Positions 37,651-51,390 of a stretch of 64,000 nucleotides of DNA are shown in pieces. The notes beneath the pieces are model-generated. The model worked only from the letters and a program-made list of their open reading frames with translations, was not told the DNA's origin and did not search any database. Each line of letters begins with the position of its first letter. The stretch's first letter is position 1. This DNA comes from Callorhinchus milii (taxonomy: Eukaryota): positions 112,470,001-112,534,000 of the forward strand of contig NW_024704743.1 in NCBI RefSeq assembly GCF_018977255.1, read 5' to 3'. The position numbers and the translations under genes were made by a program.

Positions 37651-38602
37651 GTTGAAGAAGATTATGCAGGTGGATTGGGGAAAGTCATGGGGAGATTTGA
37701 ACAAATCACATTCCCTTGTAATTGAATATATCTTCGACCTTCAAATAAGTTACTGAACATTGATATTGTAACTTTTCCTTTCCATGTGTAAGTGGGATGC
37801 ATGGAATTCTCAGTTTGGTTTGGATACTTTTAAGCATGGTGATGCATTTCTACATGTGTCAGACACCTGGCTGAGCAAAGAAAACCCCCAAAAGTTTGCT
37901 TTACTACGCACCTCTCCCGAAGTTACTGACTCATCACAAAATCACAAGATTGGTCTTGATAAAGAAGGTCATTCTGCCCAACCAATCTCATTTCACCACA
38001 ACACCGACCTTACTGTCATCGTCATCCCCCCACCCCTAGTCCATTGTCGTTCCCCCCACCCACCCCCAATTGCTGCATCAAACTGCTTTTTCCATGAGGC
38101 CAGTCCTTGCCTCAACCACCTTTCTTGGCAACCTGTTCCAGTTGTTGATTACCCTCGGTGTAAAGTAAAACTTCTTGGTAGCAGTTTTGAAATTGCCCTT
38201 TACGACTCTAACCTATATTCTCGAAACTCTGTCTGTCCAGCGCCTTGGGATGTCCTCCCAACGTGAAAGGTGCTATACAAATGTAATTTTGTTGTTGTTG
38301 TTCTCTTGCTCTACTGCCTTGATACATCGTAGAGCATTAAACCCATGTAGGGATGTGGATCAACAGGTGCCAGCCACCTCACCTTAAATAACCATTCTTC
38401 ATGTGTATCAGCAGGATATTTATGTGTTCAGTTTCATAGTGAAGCCCAATCCTTTTCTGACCCAATGTCCACAAACTCATACTTTTCAGCAATTCTCTTT
38501 AGATAGGTCAGAAAAATGTGATATTCTAGCTGTAATTACTTAATTCAATATAAATAAGAGATGCACTTGGGGATAATTGTGGTCTACACAACTTAATATC
38601 AT

Positions 38603-39860
38603 AACAACAACAAAAACAAATTACATTTGTATAGCGCTTTTCATGTCGGGAGGACGTCCCAAGATGAAGTCAATCAAGGATTTGAATCCAAGCAGGGGTT
38701 TGGGATTGAGGGGAGGAGTGTGGAGGGTAGGTGGGATAGGGGTAGGAGGATGGTCAAAGCCGAAGCCGAAGAGGAGATTCTTGAGACATGCCTTGAAGGA
38801 AGCAAGGGAAAGAGTAAGGCGAAGGGACTGTAGGATAGAGTTCCAAAGGTTGGGGGCAGAAAGGCTGAAGGCCCAACAGCTGATGGTGGGATGGGACAGG
38901 CCAGGCAGGGGATGTGAAGCAGGCCAGCTCCTCCTGAGCGAAGGGAGCAAACAAGTTGATATGGGGTTTGCAGATCACAGAGGTAAGAAGGAAAAGGCCT
39001 TGGTGGGCCTTGAAGGCAAGGACAAGGATTTATTCTCTGGGGGATGGGGAGCCAGTGGAATCAGGAGAGGGTGGGGATAATAGAGATAAAGTAGAGAACA
39101 TGTGCTGCCAAATTCTGGATGATCTGCAGCTTGTGGAGGGAAGAGTTGGGAAGGACGACAAACAGGGAGTTGGTGTAGTCGAGCTTAGATGTGATAAATG
39201 AGGGTTTCGGCAGCCTGAGGGGAGAGGCAGTGTCGGAGCTGGGTGATGTTGTGGAGGTGGGGGAAGGCATAGCGGCTCAGGGCATAGATGTGGGGTAGAA
39301 AGCACAGTTGAGGGTCAAACAAGACGCTAAGGTGCTGGACTGGCTCCAGAATGGTTCAATAAGGTGAAGTATGCATCCTTGGATGGTGATGATGCCAGTG
39401 CCTGAGGCGTGGAGGTGCTGATGGGAACCAATCAGAAGAACCTTGGTCTTGCTGATTTCAACTGAAGAAAGTTAGCTCTCATCCAGGACTTGATGTCTGA
39501 CAGACATTCTGTCAGGACAGCAGTGGTCCTGGAGTCGAAAATGGAGGCAGAGAGATAGAGTTGGGTGTCATCCGCATACATGTGGAAGTTGACCCCATGT
39601 CTGCAGATGATGTCACCAAGAGGGAGCGTGTACAAGTTGAACATGAGAGGACCAAAGACAGAGCCCTGAGGAACACCGTACAAGACAGTGGAGGAGAAGC
39701 CGTTTGTAGAGATAAAGTGGAGATGGTGTGAAAGGTAGGATCTGAACCAGTCAAGGACAGAACCATGAAGGTTGAGGTTAGAGGAGCAGGATAGAGTGGT
39801 CAATGGTGTCAAAGGCAACAGAAGGTCAAGGAGGACGAGGAGACAGAGAAAGCCAAGTGC
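38603..39860 (-). mobile_element. L2 LINE fragment with RT core
   Basis: YGVPQGSVFGPLMFNLYTLPLGDIICRHGVNFHMYADDTQLYLS; type A tail at ~38605. Confidence 0.92.
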
Positions 39861-40539
39861 CTGCACCAGTCACAGGATAGAGTGGAAAGCCTCTGCGATG
39901 CAAGACACCGTCTTAATAGGATAAGTTATCTGAAGTACCTACAAGAATTTCTAGAATGTGACTAGTTATGCGTTAAGTTGAGTGAAAGTAAAGAGGAGTC
40001 CCTTATTAACATTTTGAATGAGGAAGTGGCCAGGGTATTAATAACATGATGACTTAAGTGGTATGGACGAGTTAATCCAGGGTTGAGATATCACTATATT
40101 TATTCACTGAGCCAAGGTGGGGTGGGGGTGGTGGCGGGGTGTGGGGAGCTGAATATCGAAGGTGAAAAACTTATTTGTGGTTAAGATGCATGATATAAAC
40201 TCTGGAAACATTTAACACCAAGTGTTATTTAAATACTATTAACAACAATAACCATCTCCTACTTAGTAATATTCCAATGGGACTTTTTTGGTTCAAATCT
40301 TGGAAGTGTGGTGAACTGTGACAAAACTGTTACAAGAAGAGAATTGACAGATTAGGGGAGTGGACAGAAGTATTGCAGATGCGGCTCAATGTCGCCAATT
40401 GTGAGCTAATGCATTTTGGCTGTAAACAGAGGGGCTAGAAATATAAGATAAACAGAGACTTTCCAGGGGAAGTTTGTGAACAGAGGAACTTAGGTGCTTT
40501 AGTAAATAAATCATTAAAACTAATTCACAGGTGCAGATA

Positions 40540-40882
40540 TAGTAATCCTTGCGTTTGATATAGCACCTTATCACATCTTTGATATGTCTCAAAGCACTTC
40601 ACAGAATATACTGTAAATTAAATTGACTGTATATTTTGTGGGCAAAACGCAGGAAGCCAATTGTGCACAGCAGTGTTCCACAAACACTCATGGATTGAAT
40701 GGCCAATTTATTTATTATAANTTTTTTTGGAGAAATTATTACGCCCGGAAAAGTGATCCGTCAATCGACTAATGACAAAGGTTCTTATTTATTGCTTGGT
40801 AAAAAGAGATGTGTGGAGTAAGGAAACTTGCCCAAAGTTTCACCCTGCTGGGAATCGAACCCAGGTCTCTTGCTTGCGAGGC
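40540..40882 (-). mobile_element. tRNA-headed SINE, long variant
   Basis: B box (plus strand GGGAATCGAACC), extra central segment shared with 58525 and 27000 copies, GCAAGGATTA tail. Confidence 0.8.
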
Positions 40883-40957
40883 AAAATATTACAGTATAAT
40901 AAGGTAAATGGGATTCTGCAATCTGTAGCAAAAGGTATGAAATATAAAAGCAAGGAA

Positions 40958-41570
40958 CAACAACTAGCTCTTATATAGTACCCTCATGCAAGGTAGCGTC
41001 TCAGAGGGCTTAACAGTGGCAGAGCCTGACTCCGAACTGGGAGGGAGAGGTGGCCTTAAGCATGTTTGAAAAGCAAAGTTTTCAGGTGGGACTTGAAAAA
41101 GGGGAGAGAAGAAGACAAGGCAGAGGGATTGAGGGAGAGTGTTCCAGATTTTCGGTGAGTAGTGTCTGAATTCACAACCTCCAATGGTGGAGCGGAGGGT
41201 GCGATGGAGAAGCAGGAGTCCAGTTCCAGTCGAGTGGAGGCACCAAATGGTGGATTGGGGAGTGAGGAGGTCGGAGAGGTAGCGAAGTCCCAGACTGAAG
41301 GAATTTGAACACGAGTGTGAGGATCTTGAATTCAATCCATGTGGTGATGGGGAGCCAGTGGAGCCTGGCCAGAACTGATAAGATGTGGGTACGGAGTTTG
41401 GTCCGGGTCAGTATGCCAGTGGCAGAGTTCTGTATGAGCTGGATTTTTGGAATAATGGAGCTGAGGAGACCGGCGAAGAGTTTGTTTGAGCAATCCAGGC
41501 AGGAGGTGACAAACGCACGCATGAGGGTTTCAGCTACATTTGGTAAGGTATGGTCAGAAGTGGGCAATGT
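40958..41570 (-). mobile_element. L2 LINE 3' fragment (tail type B)
   Basis: AETLMRAFVTSCLDCSN..LARLHWLPITTWIEFKILTLVFK. Confidence 0.85.
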
Positions 41571-41601
41571 GGCACCCACCTCTGAAGTATTGTTATATGC
41601 A

Positions 41602-42097
41602 ACCACATCACTCCCACCCTCGCTCAACTCCACTGGCTCCCCATCCCCCAGAGGATCGAATTCAAGATCCTCACCCTCACCTACAAGGCCATTCACGGCC
41701 TTGCTCCTTCCTACCTCTCCAACCTACTATCCCCCTACCTACCTGCCCGTACCCTCCGTTCCTCTGGCTCCATCTGCTCCACATCCCCCGCCCCAACCGC
41801 CCTACCATCGGTGCCGGGCCTTCAGCCTCTCAGCCCCTAAGCTCTGTAACTCCATCTCCCAGTGCCTCCGCCTTGCTTCCTCCCTTTCCTCCTTCAAGGC
41901 CGGTCTCAAGACCTTTCTCTTTGACCGTGCCTTCAGCTCCCCTCTCGACTCTCGAACCGCTCCTCGCTCCCTCCCTTCTCTCCCCTCACCCTGACCATTT
42001 TCCCCCTGCTCGGGTCCTGACCCAACTATACAGCGCCTTGGGACGTCCTCCCGACATGAAAGGCGCTCTATAAATGAAATCTTGTTGTTGGTGTTGT
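41602..42097 (+). mobile_element. Young L2 LINE 3' fragment (tail type A)
   Basis: Highly similar to 16093-16620. Confidence 0.9.
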
Positions 42098-44969
42098 ATA
42101 TAACTGGACATGGGTACGACCATACTCAAAGTATTACACTCAGTTTTGGGCGCCTCAACAAAGATGTGTCATACTATCTATGGAGAGAGTGTGATGTGGA
42201 TTCACAAGGAAATGCCGAGGGCATACAATAAGATTAAGTAGGCGGGGGGGTGGGGGTTGTATTTTCTGGAGTTGAGGAGATTGAGGAGTAATTTTATTCA
42301 GGAGTTTAAGACTAAGAAGGGAACAAAGTGGCTTTTTTATCCAATGGATAATTTGGTTTGTCTCTCAAATAATTTAAGTATATTTAGATACTTTGGGATG
42401 ATCCTTTGGGCAATTTATTGTATCTGTTGATTCTGTGGGGAACTGCGCGATGACTATTTTAGTTGTGATATTGATAAACAGAATTATATTGCCCACTTTG
42501 TAACAAATTTTAAAACTGGCACGTAGAAGCAGTAATATTTACATTTGAAATGATTTATTTATTGTTATCTGGCACAAGTAAAAATATGATCACCAGTCAA
42601 ATAATCCAAGCAGTATGATATATAATAGAAGTGCGCTTCACCTAGTGTCTAACCAGATACCAATTGGTAATTTAGTGCCTGATTGTTTGGGGATGCTGAA
42701 CGAATCAGGTAAACCTAGACCTGAGTTGAATTTCATCCCAACGTCTCTATTGCCAGTACTGATTTATTGTTTTCCAAACAGAATTCACCCGAAAAGTAGC
42801 AAGTTATTTCTTCTGTCCATCTGTATCCATAACATGTATCCACTCATAAAATAGTCACACCTTCAAATAAATCCTGTAACGTGGGAAATTTCCTCCTGAC
42901 ATGAAAGGTACTACACAAATGCAAGGATTATTATTATTATCTTCTAATTTAGTCAGGATTATGTTAATACATGATGAACAGGTTCCCCTACTGAATATCT
43001 TCAGTTAATCCAGGACACTGTTCTGGCAATGTCTGTCCACAGAGTGAGTCAGGGTTCCCTGAAACAGAATTGATTCAATCTAATAGAAAAAATGGAATTA
43101 TTTCTTCCAAAAGACTTGGACCAGTCCTGTTCATTTGATCAAAAACATCTGGAAGGGGAAAGTGCTCTTTAATCTGATTAATGTCATAATTTATTTTTCT
43201 TTTCAACTGGATAAACTAGAGCAAGAATTGTATGTTTCCAAGATCTTTATCACCCCTTTCCAATTACTGAAAGCATTACCAGTGTCCTCATTGTAACACT
43301 GGGGGAGAGTTGAATGTCCCCTCAACACTGTCCTTATCTCACTAACGGAGATGTAACCTTCATCTTCGACCTTGCTTAGGGTTATCTCCTCCCTCCCCCG
43401 GGCTCGGTGTCAGACTCTGCCACTGTTAAGCACTCCAAGACGCTGCCCTGTGTGAAGCCTGCTATATAAATGCAGGTTGTTGTTGTTACAGTCCCAATAA
43501 CTGCTCTTATCTTCTAAATTTCAGTTCTGAAATTGTCTGAAGAAAAAGGGATAATTCTCAGGATTTTCTCAGGATCCAGAGAACAGTTCTCACTATTTTA
43601 TTGATTAGCCTGCCTGCACCAGTACGTCTCTCCATTGCATTGAAACCCTTAAGGACAGATGTTTCTAATTACCCTTGGGATGTATGTTTCCAATTCTTCT
43701 CACCACCTGCAATCAGATATACACTCCAACAGCTTTGAGTGATCCAGAATTCTGCAGCCCGAATTCCCTCCTTTTCATAAGGCTCCATGTGCCCATTGGC
43801 CCTTTGCCAAGCACCATCGGTTTCCAGTAGCTCAAAAGATTGATCTTAAGATCTTCATCTTTGTCTTCAAATCTGCCCAGTCTTGCCCCACCCCACTTAT
43901 TCAATCCTCTGAGGTCCAGATTCCATCTTATACCCTCCACTGTTCTGAGTTCACTCTGAGTCACCTGCCCCTTTGCTCTTTCCTGGTTCTCTCCTCCGAA
44001 AATATCTTCTAAAACTACTTTGCCTTTGCTACTTCTCACCATGTCTTCATAAATCTTCAAAAGCATATCTTCAGCCATGTCTTTGGTCAACTTTTGATCT
44101 CTTATTTTCTTGCTTGATGTCCACTTAAACGTTTGTCGAGGACTTTGAGACCTTCATTTCTATATTGATTACAATATGTTTGACCTCAGAATTGTAAATA
44201 TTTTAACAATTAGCTGGAATTGGAAGATAATAACAAATTTAATTTATAATAATAATAATAATCCTTGCATTTGATATAGTGGCTTATCAGGTCTTTGAGA
44301 TGTCTCAAAGCACTTTATAGGATATACTGTAAAGTGGCTTTGAATTCAAACAATCAACATGCTTGTGCTGGCTGCTTCGTTTCAGATTGACCTAACATAG
44401 TAATATACATCCCCGTCTTAACACCGCATTAGTTTAGGGTGTCCATGAATTTTCACTATGAACAGCATGGTTGCTGTTTCAGTTTTTACATACATTTTCT
44501 CCTCTCTGTCCTTTCCCCTGAACCCTTGAAAAGTCCCCATGTTTTGTTGTGCTGAAGTCCAGACCATGTTTTCTTTCATTAATTCCTACCCTAGCTTCCT
44601 TCACTAGCCATCTGGCTCTTGAAATGCATTGTTTGATGATTATATCTTGGTTTCTATACAGTCTGTACCTTGACACCTCACAAGATCATAAGATTGGTTT
44701 GGATAAGGAAACCCCTTGACCCATCTGATCTCATCCTTCCAAAACACCAAACCCATGGTCTCCCATCACAGCATAAAGCTTTTTTTTAAATAGTGGTTAT
44801 ATTGTCTTGGCCATCCTTCCTGCCAACCTGCCACAATCACTAATTACCCTCTGGGTAAAGAAAAACTTCTGGGGTCTGTCCTGAGATTGCCCTCTCACCT
44901 CGAGTCAGAAGGTTGTGGGTTCAAGCCCCACTTTGGGGGAGTACTATATTGTTGAAAGTAGCTATATTG

Positions 44970-45342
44970 TTCTGTCCTGCGGCTCGGACCTCCTCAACCT
45001 CCCCAGCCAATCCCTCAGACTGACCGAACCAGTGCGCAGCCTAGGTGCCAGGTTCGACCCACAGCTGGCCTTCCTTCCCAAATTGCAGTCCCTGACCAGG
45101 AACGCCTTCCTCCACCTCTGCCACATTGCCCGCCTTCGACCGTACCTTAACGTAGACACAACTGAGAAACTCGTCCATGTGTTCGTCACCTCCCAGCCCG
45201 ACTTTTCAAATGTCAAATTTAAAATTCCTCTTTGATCGTGCCTACGGTCACCTCCCCCGGCTCAGAGTTGTGCTCTGCCACTGTCAAGCACTCTGGGACG
45301 CTACCCTGCATGAGGAGTGCTCTATAAATGCAAATTGTTGTT
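44970..45342 (+). mobile_element. Internally deleted L2 fragment
   Basis: VRSLGARFDPQLAF..AFLHLCHIARLRPYL..TEKLVHVFVTS joined to a type B tail. Confidence 0.8.
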
Positions 45343-45596
45343 CTTGTCTACAAAATACCCAGTCGCTACACTTCATAGTAAAATCTTCTGAAGTGCTTTG
45401 AGATATCTAAATGGTGTGACATAATACGATTTATTCTCAGAAAATTTATTTCTTATTCAATCAATGCATTTATCTAATTTAATTGCATAAACAAAATGAG
45501 CAAACTGGTCTGTCTGTAAAGCTTCAAAGCACAGTGCAACATTTAAAATGTGCCACGTTTTCATATTTAGTGGAGGGATCCATTACATGACATCAT

Positions 45597-45889
45597 AATA
45601 ATAATAATCCTTGCATTTGACATAGCGCTTTTCACATGTTGTAGATGTCTCAAAGCGTTTCACAGAATATACTGTAAAATATATTTGTGGGCAAAACGCA
45701 GCAGCCAATTGCGCACAGCAGTGTCCCACAAACAGTGACCAAATTATTATTATTTATCTTTTTTCTTGAGGAATTATTATCAGGCATGTGGAGTAAGGAA
45801 ACTTGCCCAAGGTTTACGCCCTGCCGGGAATCAAACCCAGGTTTCTTGTTTGCTAGACGAGTGCTCTAACCATTGAGTTACAGGACTCC
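45597..45889 (-). mobile_element. tRNA-headed SINE
   Basis: Reverse complement of the 63035-63356 type. Confidence 0.85.
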
Positions 45890-46894
45890 ATCTTAGTCTT
45901 AAGATCAGAACCAAGATAGTGAAACTGAGGTCAGGAAGCATCTTTCATGCAGTCAGTTGTGAAGATGTGGAATATTCAGCCTTAGAAACCTGTAGAGGTG
46001 GAATCAATGGGGACATTTAAGAGATAGACAGATACTTGGGTATTAGAGCTATAAAAGGGATATAATAGATATTGCAAAAAGGGTAGGGCATTGGAATGAA
46101 AGGATCTGACAAGAACTGAGAAACTGGTGGAACAGGTTCGATGCGCAGAATGGCCTCCTCCTGTTCCAGCTTTCCTCTGTTTCAAAGTCTCCAGTTATGG
46201 CTCATGGAGTTTATCTAGTAAGGAACCAAGTCATTACACCAGAAAGCTCCAGTCAGTACTGAGTTAGTTGACCTGAGCCAGGACCAGTAGGTACAATGCA
46301 GTTGTCTTCAATGCCTTGGTTAGTGAAGGAAAAATCATTTCATCATTCCACACTTACTAAAAGGTGGATCTGTGACGGTCAAGTGAGGTTAGACAAAAGT
46401 TGGTGTTTTGGCACCAGTTTTTGGATCCTCATTATAAAAAACGGGCATCACAGCCTTGGATCAGAAGCAACAGAGTTTCACAAGGATAATAATCTGTTGA
46501 TAACCTTCAATTTATCACTATTATGTTTCTGATTCACTAATATACCATTGTAGCTGTTTCAACTACATCAGTGCACATTCTGGGGTCCTCAAACCTTGGT
46601 TCTTGCCAACGTGCACCTAAATACTCTCTGGAATTAGGCAAATAGACTGTCTCTTGGAGGCACACAGTCTGTTCACATAATTCCAGGAAGAATTAGACCC
46701 AGGTTAGCAATGGCCAAGGCTTGGCTACCCCAGTAACATAAGAGGATAAACTGAAGATTAATCATGGGGGAAAAAAGGAGAAAATGAGAGGATTGTTTTT
46801 ACAAACACAGAGGATTAATGGAATATGAAAGAATGCTTTATCACAAATGCCTTTAAAGTTAAATCTATTGTACAATTTAAAGGGAATCAGATAA

Positions 46895-47325
46895 AATAAT
46901 CCTTGCATTTGATATAGGATCTTATCACATCTTTGAGATGTCTCAAAACGCTTCACAGCATTTACTGTAAAATGTAGTAACTGTATATTTGTAGGCAAAT
47001 GCACAGCCAATTTTGAGCACCATAATGGTGCACAAACAGCCATGATGTGAGTGACCAATTTTATTTGGGGGATTGTTGGTCAGGGCACTTGGAGAAACTC
47101 CCTTCTCTTTGCAAATAATGCACTGGGATATTTAAAATTGGGAACAGGCAGACTAGACCTTGGTTTAACATCACATTCGAAGGATGACACCTGCAACAAT
47201 GCAGACTACCCTCAGCACTGCATTGGAGGATCAATGAACCTGTGAGGTCAAAGTCCCAATTTGGGGTTTGAATCACCAACCTTCTGATTTGGAGGAAAAG
47301 TGCTACCAACTGAGCCAGACTGGCA
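46895..47325 (-). mobile_element. Deu-type SINE
   Basis: Full head, Deu body and tail, colinear with 36030-36412. Confidence 0.8.
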
Positions 47326-49529
47326 CCAAATCATAGAACCAGTGTTTCATAGACGGTGGGCTTCCAACTGTGTTCAATATGACTGCAGCTCTACTCTACA
47401 AGTTTACAATGCACTTATGCTTTGACCAATTTAACTAGATTAAAACCACGATCAATGCTTGAGTAAAATATAATAGAAAATTTGGGGGGAGTGGGAAAAC
47501 TGGATTAGAGTGGAGAGAGCCATTGGGGGGCGAGCCCAAGCACAGATGTGATGGGCTAAATTGCTTCCTTCTGTTCTGTAAATATTCTATGAGTGAAAAG
47601 CACGCCAGCATTCAATGTTGGGGCTTGCACTTGAATAACAGCCACTTGGACAAGGTAACAGATGGCAGTCGGCATCCAAGAAATCAGACGCCTAGGAAAG
47701 GAGAAAAAGCATTAAGCACTTTCAGGAGATGAGTGGAGAACGTTAGAAAGCAAAATAAAATGGTAATAAGAAAGTTTGCTTCAGAGTGCAGATAAGACAT
47801 TAAGGTTTATTAGCCTTTGCATTGCTATCTGCTTCAACAAAGAACCACTAAACGCTGACTTGAGTCCAGCAATGCGTGACTTGCCCATTTTGGCATTAAA
47901 GAAATAAAAAATACAATCTTTCTTTTCAGTAAGAAAGCATACAGAGGTTTTATGAAACCTTTTATAGATTTTTTTTCCTAGGGTGCACATTCTTAATGTG
48001 ATATGCCATACTCCAGCTTTCACACACTGATTCTGTTGCTTTGAATATTAATAAGAAGCCGTTTTGTATGCAAAAGGCCTGTGAAATCTTTGTTTTATTG
48101 GGGACAAATTTTGACCAGAACATTTGAATTGAAACAGAATGCTACTGAAACCTGCCAAGGAGAAAAGTTTGAAATGTAAGAGAAGCGTTTTTTACAGTGT
48201 CTGTGATCATAAAGACATTTTTTGTATACGTATAAAAATTGAATGGAGTAAAACAACTTTGCATTTTGCTCTTCCATAGTACATGGATTGTGAACATTAC
48301 AATGTGGGCAACAGTGCATCAGTCTTCTGAGCTGAAACCACAGTTTAGTAATTAACAGGCTTCTCTTTGTGGGAGACAAATACCGTTCAATGATTGGGAC
48401 AGAGGCTGCCAACAGATACACAGGCAAAGTGTGAAGGACTGTAATGTAACAATGTTTCTTGTACTACTCTCACTCAAAGAATGAAAAATGTTGATGCAGG
48501 ACAAACTTGTGGTTGCTCAAATTTTAATTGAAATGAACAACGATGCATTTTTATTTCAATTCGAAATTTGCATTTCAAACTTTTTTTAGTCAGCCAGGCA
48601 TCTGATACAAGTGGAAACACATTGCCATGCAAACCAAAATACAGAGAGTTCTGCATGTGTATGGAAATATGGAATTGTCATATGGAGTGCACACTTATTT
48701 CCCAGAGGATGTGTCCTGCTTACCTAATCCCAGAGAATCGGGGTGAGGGTTGGCAACAGCCAAAGCTTGGAGACCTCAGCCCCTGCATTGCAATCACTGG
48801 GAAGCTTCCTGTTGCTTATCTAAACTTGTAAATCTTCTTCCTTTCCTCCTTAATTCAGGATGCTCAATGTCATTGGAAAGTGCTTTGGGACACTCATCCT
48901 ATGTGAAAGATACAAGATAAGTACAAGTTATTTTGAATGACACTGGTGAGATTTCGGAATCTCTCCTGATTGTCTGTAACAATTCTATGAGACTTGAAGT
49001 CAACCAGGAATGCATCTTGCAACTTTGACCTCAAAAGACCATTAATTATTAATAATAATCCTTATTTTGATATAATGCTTTTTCACGGCATCAAAACATC
49101 TCAAAGCGTTTCACAGAATAAGCATTGGTGGCAAACCAGTGGCTCACATGGGCTATCATCTTACCAGGTTAGATAAGTCCATGTTCGATCAATAGTGTTC
49201 TTTTCAGTTTTTTCTTGATTGAACATTTGAATATCTTGATTTATGGCCTGATACAAGAAACATTCATTCAAGAAAATGTATTTTGCTGGCCAACCATAAA
49301 GGTTGACCACCACTGTTCTAAAGTCTAGTCACCATATTTGTACTTGGATATGGCAGCCAATTTGCAAACATCAATGCCCCACAAATAGCCATGAATATTA
49401 CCAGGGGGATTGTTTGACAGGACAGCTGAGAGAAACATCCTTCTCTTCTCCATTACTGGATCTTTAACATCTTTAAACAGGCATAGATGGAAACTCTCTT
49501 TAATATCACATCTGAAGGTCAACACCTCT

Positions 49530-51390
49530 AACAACAACAACAACAAGATTACATTTGTATAGCACCTTTCACGTTGGGAGGACGTCCCAAGGCTCTGTAC
49601 AGAGTACAGCATTTCAGACCCGAGCTGGGGTTGCGGGGGTAAGGGAGGGGAGGGGAAGGGGGGTGGCCGATGGCATGGTTGAAGAGGAGGGTCTTGAGGC
49701 GGGACTTGAAGGAGGCTAAGGAGGTCTTATATTCAATTTAATCTTATAATTCAAGTCTTATATCGCAGAAATTTGCAAAAATGATGCGGAGTGACTGGGT
49801 GATGGAATTCCAGAGGTTGGGGGTGACTGAAGTCTCAACCACCAATGGTTAGGCGGGTGGGTCGGGTGATGTGGAGTAGGCCAGAGCCTCCTGAGCGGAG
49901 AGAACAGGCAGGTTGGTATGCGGTTAGGAGGTCGCAGAGGTAGGGTGGGGCGAGGCCATTGAGGGCTTTGTATGTGAGGACCAGGATCTTGAACTGGATC
50001 CTCTGAAGAATAGGGAGCCAGTGGAATCAGGCGAGAGTCGGGGAGATGGGGTCACGGAGTTTGGTGCAGGAGAGGACACAGGCTGCAGAGTTCTGTGGAG
50101 CCTGTGGAGGGAGGAGTTGGGAAGGCCGACAAGCAGGGCGTTTGTATAGTCGAGCCTGGAGGTGATGAAGGCATGAACAAGAGTTTCAGTGGCCTGAAGG
50201 GTGAGATAGTGGCAGAGTCGGGCAATGTTACGGAGGTGAGAGGGAAGGCAGAGCGGATCATGGCTTGAATGTGTCGGGGGAAAAGACAGTTCAGGGTCGA
50301 ACAAGACACCTAGGTTCCTGACTGGCTTGGTGAGTTTTAGTATACAACCATGGAGGTTGATGTTGCCAGAGCCTGAGGTGCTGAGGCGATGGCGTGAGCC
50401 AATCAAGAGGGCCTCAGCCTTGTTCACATTCAACTGTAGGAAATTTGCCCTCATCCAGGACTTGATGTCCGACAGGCAGTCTGTCAGGACAGCAGTGGTC
50501 CTGGAGTTGAGGGTGGAGGCAGAAAGATAGAGTTGGGTGTCATCCGCATATATGTGGAAGCCCCATGTCTGTGGATGATGTCACCAAGGGGGAGCATGTA
50601 GATATTATAGAGGAAAGGGCCAAGGACAGAGCCCTGGGGGACACCAGATGTGACAGTGTGGGGGCTGGAGAAGAAACCGTTGGAGGCAACGAAGTGGAGA
50701 CGGTGAGAGAGATAGGAATCGAACCAGGCAAGTGTAGATCCATGAAGATTGAGTGAAGAGGAGAGGTAGTGTATGAGGATGGAGTGGTCAACAGTGTCAA
50801 AGGCAGCAGAGAGGTTGAGGAGGACAAGGAGGCAGAGAGAGCCCTGATCACAGATGTTCAGAATGTCATAAGTGACTTTGACCAGGGCTGTTTCTGTGCT
50901 GTGGGCAGCGCGGAAGCCGGATTAGAAGGGTTCAAAGAGGGAATGGCGAGAAAGAAAGGAGCGGAGCTGGGACATGACGACTCATTCCAGGACCTTGGAG
51001 AAGATTGGGAGATTAGAGATGGGGTGGTAGCTGGAGAGGAGGGATGGGTCCAGGGAAGATTTTTTCAGGATGGAGGTGATGACGGCCATTTTTAGGGGGG
51101 TGCGAACTGAACCGGTGGACAGGGAGAGGTTGATGACATTGGATAGGAGGGGGGCCAGAGGTGGAGATGGGAGATGAGGAGAGAGGTGGGGATGGGATCG
51201 AGGGAGCAGGTGGTAGATTTGAGTTTGCGGACAGTTGTGGTGAGGGAGGAGGGAGAGATAGGGTCGAAGGAGTATAGTGGGGGGGATGGGTGGGGGGTGG
51301 GTCATGAGGGAGAGGTGATGTGGGGATGGCTGTGGACAGGGCTGAACGTATCCCCTCGATTTTAGATTTGAGGATGTCCAGCATCTCCTC
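49530..51390 (-). mobile_element. Longest L2 LINE fragment (~1.85 kb) with decayed RT
   Basis: INLSLSTGSV..LKKSSLDPS..YHPISNLPIFSKVLE, RT core, and MRANFLQLNVNKAEALLIG..FITSRLDYTNALL; type A tail. Confidence 0.93.
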
